A stretch of DNA of 32,280 nucleotides from Candidatus Hydrogenedentota bacterium. Its GTDB lineage: Bacteria > Hydrogenedentota > Hydrogenedentia > Hydrogenedentales > SLHB01. The stretch lies in contig JAWODE010000147.1 of the NCBI GenBank assembly GCA_046483455.1, forward strand, positions 1 to 32,280, given 5' to 3'. The first letter of the stretch is position 1. Each line of letters starts with the position of its first letter. Positions 8,129 to 16,112 of this stretch are shown here, in pieces. Under the pieces are notes generated by a model, which saw nothing but the letters and a program-made list of their open reading frames with translations, had not been told where the DNA came from and made no database searches. The translations under genes and the position numbers were made by a program.

Positions 8129-8563
8129 ATGGGACGAGGAATGGGCCGCGGTCGCGGTATGGGCCGGGGCAGAAAACGCCGAATGGGCATGGGAAGCGGA
8201 CGGTCGAGGTGGACAGCTCCACCGTCTGGCTTCGTGGGCGCAAATCGACCACCCCTGCAACCGGATAATAGTTTCTCAACACACGCTCCAAACAAAACGA
8301 GCGCTTTTCCAGCTGAAAAGAGTGAACAAACGGAAGGAACAAGAGAAGAAATGGGAGAAGTTAAGGAAGGTACGCAACGGTCGGGCTGGGTTGCAAATTT
8401 GAATGCGCGTCATTGTATTCTATGTGGCATATGCCAGACCGTTTGCCCCGTCGAGGCAATATCCATAGGTAGAAGTGTAATGATTAATCAGGACATTTGC
8501 ACCGGGTGCGGCGAGTGCGTGGCAGCGTGTCCTCAAGACGCGTTATCGTTAAAGAAACGCTAG
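8129..8563 (+). CDS. RG-rich N-terminus fused to a 2x[4Fe-4S] ferredoxin domain
   Basis: GAGGAG RBS before ATG 8129. N-terminus MGRGMGRGRGMGRGRKRRMGMGSGR, a low-complexity linker, then CILCGICQTVCP and CTGCGECVAACP. Confidence 0.7.
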   Translation: MGRGMGRGRGMGRGRKRRMGMGSGRSRWTAPPSGFVGANRPPLQPDNSFSTHAPNKTSAFPAEKSEQTEGTREEMGEVKEGTQRSGWVANLNARHCILCGICQTVCPVEAISIGRSVMINQDICTGCGECVAACPQDALSLKKR

Positions 8564-8615
8564 TCCCCGGCGACTTCAGCCTGGGGATAAATCCAACCAG
8601 AAAGGGCCGGTATCT

Positions 8616-9968
8616 ATGAAACATGTCGATATCCTTGTTATCGGGGGCAGTGCGGCAGGTCTAACCGCCGCGATTACCGCGAGACGACACTATCCGGAGA
8701 AACAGACGTTTATCCTCCGCAAAGAGGAGCAAGTGCTGATTCCTTGTGGCATTCCATATATCTTCGGCACGGTGGGAAGCCCCGAGAAAAACTTAATACC
8801 TGACAAGGTACTGGCCCAAAACCAGGTAGACCTTCTTGTTGATGAAGCTACCGAGATCGACCGTGACAAAAACTGCGTTATTACCGCAAACGGGGAATCC
8901 GTCGGCTACGACCGCTTGGTTCTGGCCACGGGATCATTGCCGGCCATGCCGCCTATACCCGGCTTCGAACTCGAGAATGTGTTTCCAATATATAAAGATG
9001 TCGCCCATCTCCACCAAATGCAAGAAGCACTACAAGGCATATCTGATCTCGTCATCGTCGGCGGCGGGTTCATCGGCGTCGAATTCGCGGATGAATGCAA
9101 GAAAAGCCTCGGAGCAAACGTATCTATCGTTGAAATGCTTCCCCACTGCTTGATGCTGGCGTACGACGAAGAATTTTGTGTCCACGCCGAAAATCTGCTC
9201 CGCGAAAGAGATATTGAGCCTGTTACAAACACACGGGTTAAACGGATTGTTGGCACGGATTCCGTGGAAGGCGTCGAACTCGAAGACGGCAACACCATCC
9301 CGGCCCAAGCGGTGATTTTGGGCATCGGCGCCGCGGCAAACGTCACGCTTGCTGAACAGGCCGGACTCCAAATCGGCCCCACGGGCGGCATCGGTGTAGA
9401 CCGCACTATGCGGACATCTGACGAACATATCTACGCCTGCGGGGATTGCGCGGAAAAAGTCTCTTTCTTTGGCGGCCGGCCATCGGGTCTCAAGCTGGCT
9501 TCCATAGCAACCGCCGAGGCGCGCATCGCCGCCGCCAACCTCTTCGGCACACGGCGAGAAAGCATTGGTACGGTAGGCGTCTGGTCAACGGCCATCGGCG
9601 AAACGGCCTTCGCCACCGCCGGCCTTACCGAGAGGCTTGCCAAACGGCACGGCTACTACCACGTGGTCGGTACCGCGGAAGCCCCCAATCGCCATCCGGG
9701 CGGAATGCCGGGCGCGCATAATATGAAAGTAAAACTCGTATTCGAGAAACGCACGGGGATAATCCTTGGCGGCCAGGTCATGGGCGATAGTGCCGCGGGC
9801 GAGGTCATTAACGCTATCAGTGCGTGCATTCAGCAACGTATGACCGCGGAAGATGTTGCGATGTTTCAAACGGGAACACATCCCGCACTCACGGCCTCTC
9901 CGGTTTCCTACCAATTCGTAAATGCCGCCGAGGCTGCAATTGCGGCCCTGCGCGAAACCAGCAGCTAA
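8616..9968 (+). CDS. FAD-dependent pyridine nucleotide-disulfide oxidoreductase (NADH oxidase/CoA-disulfide reductase-like)
   Basis: FAD fingerprint DILVIGGSAAGLTAA, putative redox Cys in LIPCGIPY, second dinucleotide fold LVIVGGGFIGVEFA, and ACGDCA. Confidence 0.8.
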   Translation: MKHVDILVIGGSAAGLTAAITARRHYPEKQTFILRKEEQVLIPCGIPYIFGTVGSPEKNLIPDKVLAQNQVDLLVDEATEIDRDKNCVITANGESVGYDRLVLATGSLPAMPPIPGFELENVFPIYKDVAHLHQMQEALQGISDLVIVGGGFIGVEFADECKKSLGANVSIVEMLPHCLMLAYDEEFCVHAENLLRERDIEPVTNTRVKRIVGTDSVEGVELEDGNTIPAQAVILGIGAAANVTLAEQAGLQIGPTGGIGVDRTMRTSDEHIYACGDCAEKVSFFGGRPSGLKLASIATAEARIAAANLFGTRRESIGTVGVWSTAIGETAFATAGLTERLAKRHGYYHVVGTAEAPNRHPGGMPGAHNMKVKLVFEKRTGIILGGQVMGDSAAGEVINAISACIQQRMTAEDVAMFQTGTHPALTASPVSYQFVNAAEAAIAALRETSS

Positions 9969-9983
9969 GACGGGGAGAAGACA

Positions 9984-10394
9984 ATGTGCACGATATTGAT
10001 CATAGATGACGACGCCGATTTTCGCGATGCCTGCAAGTTGATCCTTGAATCGGCCGGGTTCGCCGTTGCCGAAGCTGACGACCCCGAAGAAGGCTTAAAG
10101 AAGGTCGAGGCCGAAAATCCCGACCTTGTGATTCTCGATGTGCTCATGCCGCGCGAATATGAGGGTTTCGAGGTGGCCCGCCGCATTCGCGAAGAACTCG
10201 GGATGCACGACGTGCCGATCCTTATGCTGAGCGCGGTCCATGATGTGAAAAAAACACCCTATCGCTTTGAACCCAGTCAACCCTATTTGCCCGTTCAAGC
10301 ATTTCTGGATAAGCCTGTTGCGCCGGAAACGCTGCTGCGGAAAGTCCAGGATATGCTGGGCACACACCGGCACGAACCGGAAGAGCCGCTGTAA
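9984..10394 (+). CDS. Stand-alone CheY-like response regulator receiver
   Basis: ILIIDDD...PDLVILDVLMP (phospho-acceptor Asp context)...ILMLSA...K. No output domain. Confidence 0.85.
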   Translation: MCTILIIDDDADFRDACKLILESAGFAVAEADDPEEGLKKVEAENPDLVILDVLMPREYEGFEVARRIREELGMHDVPILMLSAVHDVKKTPYRFEPSQPYLPVQAFLDKPVAPETLLRKVQDMLGTHRHEPEEPL

Positions 10395-10435
10395 AGACCA
10401 CCCAAAAACAGTTTTGGCGTCACAAAGACAATGTC

Positions 10436-11128
10436 ATGATTTCACATGGACAAACCGACACCGGCCGTGCATTCGACTTCGGCAAACGCGCCCAGGATTA
10501 CGACCGGTGGTACACAACCCCCGAGGGGCAGGCGCACGACCGCGTACAGAAAGCGGACGTGCGCCACTTTCTCGGCCCGGCAACTTCGGGAATGCGCCTG
10601 CTCGACATAGGCTGCGGGACGGGGCATTGGAGCGGTTTCTTCGCCTCACTCGGGTATAACGTCGCAGGGGTAGATGTCGCCCCGGAAATGATTCAGGTGG
10701 CGCACAATCGCACTATGCCCGGCGTCGCTACTCAGGTAGCCGATGCACGTTTCTTGCCGTTTCAAGATGCATCGTTCGATGTGGCAGCCACCATGACGGT
10801 TCTCGAATTTCTTCCCGAACCCGCCACGGCGCTTCGAGAAATGGCGCGTTGTATAAAAATGCGGGGCCGTATGCTGATAGGGTGCCTGAACCGCTTTGCT
10901 TCTATCAATCAACAGCGTTTGGCCGAAGGCCGCGAACCCTATATATCAGGGCAACTCTTTTCGCCGGACGAACTTGCCGCATTGCTTCGGCCTTTCGGAA
11001 AGGTCCGAATGATAGCCTCAGAACCCGGAAACGGAAGAAATGAGACCGCTTCCAAGGCATTTAGGAAGGCCGGACCGTCTCGAACAGAATTGACTGGCCC
11101 CCTTATTATCGCGGAGGTGCAACGGTGA
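10436..11128 (+). CDS. Class I SAM-dependent methyltransferase
   Basis: Motif I LLDIGCGTGHWSGFFA and post-I VAGVDVAPEMI; Methyltransf_11-like. Confidence 0.8.
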   Translation: MISHGQTDTGRAFDFGKRAQDYDRWYTTPEGQAHDRVQKADVRHFLGPATSGMRLLDIGCGTGHWSGFFASLGYNVAGVDVAPEMIQVAHNRTMPGVATQVADARFLPFQDASFDVAATMTVLEFLPEPATALREMARCIKMRGRMLIGCLNRFASINQQRLAEGREPYISGQLFSPDELAALLRPFGKVRMIASEPGNGRNETASKAFRKAGPSRTELTGPLIIAEVQR

Positions 11129-11379
11129 TCATCCAGGCAGAGATCAGTCTTTATCCCTTGCGCGCGCAAAAAATCAGTCCGGTACTCGACGACTTTCTGA
11201 GCCATTTGCGAGCCCATGAACTCACTATTGAACCCGGCGCCATGAGCACCCATATTACAGGCGAGACCGATGAAGTGTTTTCGGCGCTGAATACAGCATT
11301 TGCGGCGGTGCTCAACGAGAATCAGGCGGTGCTGATCGTCAAAGTTTCGAACGCATGTCCGACGGAGCATCAACAATGA
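11125..11379 (+). CDS. MTH1187/YkoF-like (thiamine/HMP-binding fold) small protein
   Basis: IQAEISLYPL...HELTIEPGAMSTHITGE..EVF resembles the ferredoxin-like DUF77/YkoF repeat. The GTG start overlaps the upstream stop (GTGA). Confidence 0.5.
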   Translation: MIIQAEISLYPLRAQKISPVLDDFLSHLRAHELTIEPGAMSTHITGETDEVFSALNTAFAAVLNENQAVLIVKVSNACPTEHQQ

Positions 11380-12914
11380 TGAAATCTACACAGAAAGCCA
11401 CCTACTCGCCAACAAACACATTGACCCCGGAAGCCCTTGCATGGCGAGACAAGCGTCTCGCTCGAATCCGGCGTTGGGAAACCACCAACAAATACAAACC
11501 GTTTATTGACGAAGGGACCATCCAGGCAACGCTGGACCACAATAAGAGCCCTTCCAAAGAAGCGGTCTACGATATCATCGCCAAAGCACGCGCAAACGCG
11601 ACTACAGGAGCCATGCTTAGTCCCGACGAAGTGGCCTCCCTCACGGCAGTCACGGACCCGGAAATCTGGGAGGCCATTTTTGAGACGGCCTATTGGATAA
11701 AGAAAACGGTTTATGGCAACCGCATTGTGCTTTTCGCGCCGCTATATGTATCAAGCCCCTGTGTGAACAACTGCCTGTACTGCGGGTTCCGGGACAGCAA
11801 CCGCGCCGTCACCAAACGCACCCTCAGTTCTGAGGAACTGGATGAAGAACTCCGTGCCCTCGTTAATGCAGGCCACAAACGCCTTATCATGGTCTACGGC
11901 GAAAGCCCGGAAAACGATTATACGTACATTTGCGATACGATCGCCGCCGCGTACCGGTTCAAAGATGGGCCGGGAGAAATCCGCCGTGCCAATATCAACG
12001 CCGCTCCATTGTTCGTGAACGAATACCGCGACGTACGCTCTGTCGGCATTGGGACCTACCAGGTATTTCAGGAAACTTATCACCGGCCAACCTATGCATA
12101 CGTTCACCCGAAAGGGACACTGAAAGCAGAATACGATTGGCGCGCTTTTGCACTGCACCGCGCCCAGGAAGCCGAAATTGACGACGTGGCCATCGGGGTC
12201 CTTTTCGGTTTGTACGACTGGCGCTTTGAACTCCTGGGGCTTCTGGAACATGCCATGTCGCTCGAGCGGGAATTTGGAGTCGGCCCGCACACAATCTCGT
12301 ATCCCCGCCTGGAACCGGCGGAAGGCACGCCCTTCGCCAGCCATTCTCCGTGGCTCGTCAGCGACGAAGATTTCAAAAAGATCGTAGCCATTATCCGTTT
12401 GATGTGTCCATACACAGGGTCCATATTAACCGCACGCGAAGGCCCTGATCTTCGGCGAGAAGTAATGCGGAAAGGCGGCGTATCGCAAATGGACGCCGGG
12501 TCGCGAATCGCCGTCGGAGGATATGCTCAAATGAACCGGGACCATCAACCCGGCCGCCAACAATTCTTTTTGGCGGACAGACGCAGTCTGGATGCTTTCA
12601 TTCTGGACCTTTGTCGCGAAGGTTACCTCCCCTCTTTCTGCACGGCGGGCTACCGGGAAGGGCGAACCGGCGCCAATTTCATGCCCCTCGCCAAACATGC
12701 AACCGTCAACAACTTCTGCATCGCCAACGGCATACTCACGTTTCAAGAATATCTCACGGATTATGCTTCCGAAGCAGTCAAGCAATTGGGTCGCGAAACC
12801 ATCATTCCGGAATTTCTGGCATGGTTGGACGAACACGCCCCCGCGCTTGCACCGAAGGTCCGGACAAACCTCGAGCGTATGGAGCGCGAAGAAATCCGCG
12901 ATTTGCATTTTTGA
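11376..12914 (+). CDS. HydG/ThiH-family radical SAM aromatic-amino-acid lyase-like enzyme, with a variant C-terminal motif CX2GX22C
   Basis: APLYVSSPCVNNCLYCGF radical SAM motif. HydG-like C-terminal domain PSFCTAGYREGRTGANFM...NNFCIANGILTFQEYL. The ATG at 11376 overlaps the upstream stop (ATGA); the track ATG at 11355 is an alternative. Confidence 0.8.
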   Translation: MMKSTQKATYSPTNTLTPEALAWRDKRLARIRRWETTNKYKPFIDEGTIQATLDHNKSPSKEAVYDIIAKARANATTGAMLSPDEVASLTAVTDPEIWEAIFETAYWIKKTVYGNRIVLFAPLYVSSPCVNNCLYCGFRDSNRAVTKRTLSSEELDEELRALVNAGHKRLIMVYGESPENDYTYICDTIAAAYRFKDGPGEIRRANINAAPLFVNEYRDVRSVGIGTYQVFQETYHRPTYAYVHPKGTLKAEYDWRAFALHRAQEAEIDDVAIGVLFGLYDWRFELLGLLEHAMSLEREFGVGPHTISYPRLEPAEGTPFASHSPWLVSDEDFKKIVAIIRLMCPYTGSILTAREGPDLRREVMRKGGVSQMDAGSRIAVGGYAQMNRDHQPGRQQFFLADRRSLDAFILDLCREGYLPSFCTAGYREGRTGANFMPLAKHATVNNFCIANGILTFQEYLTDYASEAVKQLGRETIIPEFLAWLDEHAPALAPKVRTNLERMEREEIRDLHF

Positions 12915-12916
12915 CC

Positions 12917-14395
12917 ATGATCAAACCATCGACAAAAGAAGCCATCATTTCCGAGTGTCGGCGTCTATGCGACACCTTTGGACTCGCGCAGGTCTACCTG
13001 GCCGAAGCCATCGGCCCGCGCCGCCACTATCTGGCCGGTTACGGGCAACCTTCCCTCGACAAACCGGAACAGCTTCGGCTGTCAGACAGAATAGCGGTCC
13101 TTTGGCATGGTACTATATCGCCTGAAATACGCGGTATCATTAGGCGGAAGTTCCGCTCGCTCACAGACCTTGTCGAGCATGAACTATCGCTACGTGAACC
13201 AAGTCACTCGGGTATGCGTCATGCATCACAACCAAAAGGAAACAGGAATATGCACGCCGACCCCCTTACCCCTTACGGCAACCGTCCTATGGTCACGCCC
13301 ATTGTCAACGCGGTGAATTATGAATATGCTTCATTTGAAGTCTTGCGGCAGATCACCGATGGCGAGATTGACGGATACACGTATCACCGGGACGATAACC
13401 CGACGGTCCGGGAGGTCGAACACAAAATCGCGGCGCTGGAAGAGGCGGAAGACTGCATCGTGTGTACTTCGGGCATGGCCGCGTGCACGATGACCTTTTT
13501 GACCTATTTGCACACCGGCGACCATATGATCATCTTTCATGATACCTATGGCGCAAATTACAAAGTCTGCCTTATTCTGGAACAACTTGGTGTCGACATA
13601 ACGTGGGTGGATGCCAGCGATGCCGGTCAAATCGAGGACCATCTCAAACCCAACACCCGCATGATCTTTCTCGAAACCCCCAGCAATCCGCTCTGCAAAA
13701 TCATCGATTTAGAGCACATACGGCGCGCCGCCGACACGGTAGGCGCCATGATGGTCGTCGATAACACCTTTGCGACGCCTTACCACCAGCACCCGCTCAA
13801 ATACGGCGCGGACTTGGTTATCCATAGCGCCACAAAAGGACTCGGCGGACATAACGACATCATGGCCGGTGCGATTGCCGGTTCCAAGGAACATTACAAT
13901 GAATTGTGGTTCACGCGCCAAGCTATTGGAACAACGCTCGATGCTTATAGCGCATTTCTCCTGAGCCGCGGCCTGAAAACATTTGAATTGCGGGCCGCCA
14001 CCGTAGCCGAAACCGCTCAGAAAGTCGCCGAGGCTCTTGCACCGCATGCCAAAATATCCCGACTGTCCTATCCGGGACTCCCCAGTCATCCCGGCCACGA
14101 AATCGCCCAAAAACAGATGTTTCGCGGCTTCGGCGGCCTCATGGCCTTCGATATAGGCGATTGCCAGGACGATGCCAAGGAATTCATTAAGCACCTCAAG
14201 GTCATTTATCACGCCGTTAGTTTGGGCGCTACCGAATCCCTTATCTGCATCCCTTATCTGACGACGATGCTATATCTCCCGCCGGAAAGACGGACCACAT
14301 TCGGTGTGAAGGAAAACACCGTCCGCCTCAGCATCGGGATCGAGCCAGCAGAGCGGATTCTGGAAGATATCGACCAGGCATTGGCTGCCGTTTAA
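12917..14395 (+). CDS. Cys/Met-metabolism PLP-dependent enzyme (cystathionine gamma-synthase/lyase, methionine gamma-lyase family) with a possible 111-aa N-terminal extension
   Basis: PLP-lysine block HSATKGLGGHND plus ETPSNPL, VVDNTFATP and SLGATESL. An ATG at 13250 with an AAAGGAAACAGGA RBS would give a canonical 381-aa enzyme. The ATG at 12917 lies 2 nt after the upstream stop, and the frame is open throughout. Confidence 0.85.
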   Translation: MIKPSTKEAIISECRRLCDTFGLAQVYLAEAIGPRRHYLAGYGQPSLDKPEQLRLSDRIAVLWHGTISPEIRGIIRRKFRSLTDLVEHELSLREPSHSGMRHASQPKGNRNMHADPLTPYGNRPMVTPIVNAVNYEYASFEVLRQITDGEIDGYTYHRDDNPTVREVEHKIAALEEAEDCIVCTSGMAACTMTFLTYLHTGDHMIIFHDTYGANYKVCLILEQLGVDITWVDASDAGQIEDHLKPNTRMIFLETPSNPLCKIIDLEHIRRAADTVGAMMVVDNTFATPYHQHPLKYGADLVIHSATKGLGGHNDIMAGAIAGSKEHYNELWFTRQAIGTTLDAYSAFLLSRGLKTFELRAATVAETAQKVAEALAPHAKISRLSYPGLPSHPGHEIAQKQMFRGFGGLMAFDIGDCQDDAKEFIKHLKVIYHAVSLGATESLICIPYLTTMLYLPPERRTTFGVKENTVRLSIGIEPAERILEDIDQALAAV

Positions 14396-14412
14396 ATACC
14401 AAGGAGGCAATA

Positions 14413-15285
14413 ATGTCCCGAATCGTAGTTCTCGTAGAGAATACAGCTTCCGGACAAGGATTCGTGGCAGAACATGGACTCGCATTCTGGCTCGAGCATA
14501 ATGGACACCGGATTCTATTCGATACCGGTCAAGGATGTGCCCTGCAGAACAACGCCCGCCTTCTCGACATCGGTCTCGAGACAGCGGACGCCATCGTGCT
14601 AAGCCACGGGCATTACGATCACACCGGCGGCCTCGCGGATGCACTCGACGTTGCCAACCCTCCGGCGGTTTTTCTGCACCCCGCGGCTCTCGCGCCAAAA
14701 TATACGAAACGAGCCGACGGCTCCGCTCGATATATCGGCATACCCAACCTCGACGAAGCGGCCCTACGTGAGAAAACTCAGTTGGTTTGGACCAAGGCGC
14801 CTACCGAAGTATCTCCAGGCATTCATATAACGGGCCCCGTTCCCCGCCAAACGGATTTTGAAGACGTGGGCGGCTCGTTCTTCGCGGATTCAGAATGCCG
14901 CGAACCCGACACGATGCCCGACGATCAAGCCTTGTATCTCGATACCGCGGAAGGAACGACGGTCATCCTGGGCTGCGCCCACGCGGGCGTTATCAACACA
15001 CTGCGCTACGTTCAGCAATTAACCCAAAACAGACCTGTTCACACGGTAATAGGCGGCACGCACCTTGTTTCGGCAAGCCCCGAACGCATGGATAAAACCG
15101 TTGAAGAGCTCACCGGCCTCGGCATCCAGCGCCTGATGCCTTGTCACTGCACAGGCTTTCCTGCAATGGCGCGTTTATGGCACGAATTCCCACAGGAATA
15201 TGTACCTTGTACTGTGGGGACAACAATAAACTTGGACATGCACCCCGCGGAATCCACGGCACAAAACACGGAGCAACAGCAATGA
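14413..15285 (+). CDS. MBL-fold metallo-hydrolase family protein (MJ0301-like subgroup)
   Basis: AEHGLAFWLEHNGHRILFDTG and LSHGHYDHTGGL. AAGGAGG RBS. Confidence 0.75.
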   Translation: MSRIVVLVENTASGQGFVAEHGLAFWLEHNGHRILFDTGQGCALQNNARLLDIGLETADAIVLSHGHYDHTGGLADALDVANPPAVFLHPAALAPKYTKRADGSARYIGIPNLDEAALREKTQLVWTKAPTEVSPGIHITGPVPRQTDFEDVGGSFFADSECREPDTMPDDQALYLDTAEGTTVILGCAHAGVINTLRYVQQLTQNRPVHTVIGGTHLVSASPERMDKTVEELTGLGIQRLMPCHCTGFPAMARLWHEFPQEYVPCTVGTTINLDMHPAESTAQNTEQQQ

Positions 15286-16112
15286 ATCACCCAAACGAAT
15301 CGGCCACCACCAGCCCAACGCCTTTTCTGAACGCGTTTTCAGAAAGCGCCGTTTCCAAAGCAATTCTTGAAGGCTACCACGAAAAATTCGGGAAAGCCCT
15401 GATTAGCGATGTCATAATTGTCGGAGCAGGTCCCGCGGGATTGGTAGCGGCATGGCATCTTGCGCGTGCCGGTTACCAGGTAGTCCTCCTCGAAAAGCGA
15501 CTCAGCCCCGGCGGCGGAATTTGGGGCGGCAGCATGGGAATGAACGAAATCGTTGTGGAAGAAGCGGCTTGCGAAATCCTCGAGGAAATCGGCGTTAGAT
15601 ATTCTCGACGCGAAGACCTCTTTTCGGCCGACGCCGCTGAATTGGCCTGCGCCTTATGTCTAAAGGCGCTGAACGCAGGCGCCATATACCTCAACCTTAT
15701 AACCGCCGAAGACATTTGCGCGCATGAAGGACAGGTCACCGGTATCGCCGCGAACCGCTCCCTTCTTGTGAACCAACTCCCCATCGACCCCATCGTTTTC
15801 AAATCGCGCGCCGTCATTGACGCGACCGGCCACGAAGCCGTTCTGGTGAACTGCCTCTACCGCCGGGGCCTTGTCGAAAACGCCACCGGCGGTCTTCCGG
15901 GCGAAAACGTCATGGACGCTCCCCAGGGAGAGGAATTCGTCATAAACCATGTCGCGGAAGTATACCCAAATCTGTGGATCACGGGAATGAGTGTCTGCAC
16001 AACGTTGGGGGGACCCCGAATGGGCCCCATTTTCGGGGGAATGTTGCTCTCGGGGGCACAGGTGGCTTCCCAAGTGGACGAGGCGCTAAAAACCCGCAAA
16101 AAAGAACCATGA
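15282..16112 (+). CDS. Thi4-family thiazole synthase-like flavoprotein-fold enzyme (archaeal/sulfide-dependent type)
   Basis: DVIIVGAGPAGLVAA, LSPGGGIWGGSM, IDATGHEA, GGPRMGPIFGGMLLSG. ATGA start/stop overlap with the upstream gene. Confidence 0.85.
   Translation: MNHPNESATTSPTPFLNAFSESAVSKAILEGYHEKFGKALISDVIIVGAGPAGLVAAWHLARAGYQVVLLEKRLSPGGGIWGGSMGMNEIVVEEAACEILEEIGVRYSRREDLFSADAAELACALCLKALNAGAIYLNLITAEDICAHEGQVTGIAANRSLLVNQLPIDPIVFKSRAVIDATGHEAVLVNCLYRRGLVENATGGLPGENVMDAPQGEEFVINHVAEVYPNLWITGMSVCTTLGGPRMGPIFGGMLLSGAQVASQVDEALKTRKKEP

Noticed and set aside
12611-12916. The track start of the 594-aa ORF, which would overlap the last 300 nt of the HydG-like gene
   Set aside because: The overlapped segment translates to Arg/His/Gln-rich nonsense (…RQQLLHRQRHTHVSRISHG…). 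The ATG at 12917, directly after the HydG-like stop, or the ATG at 13250, is far more plausible.
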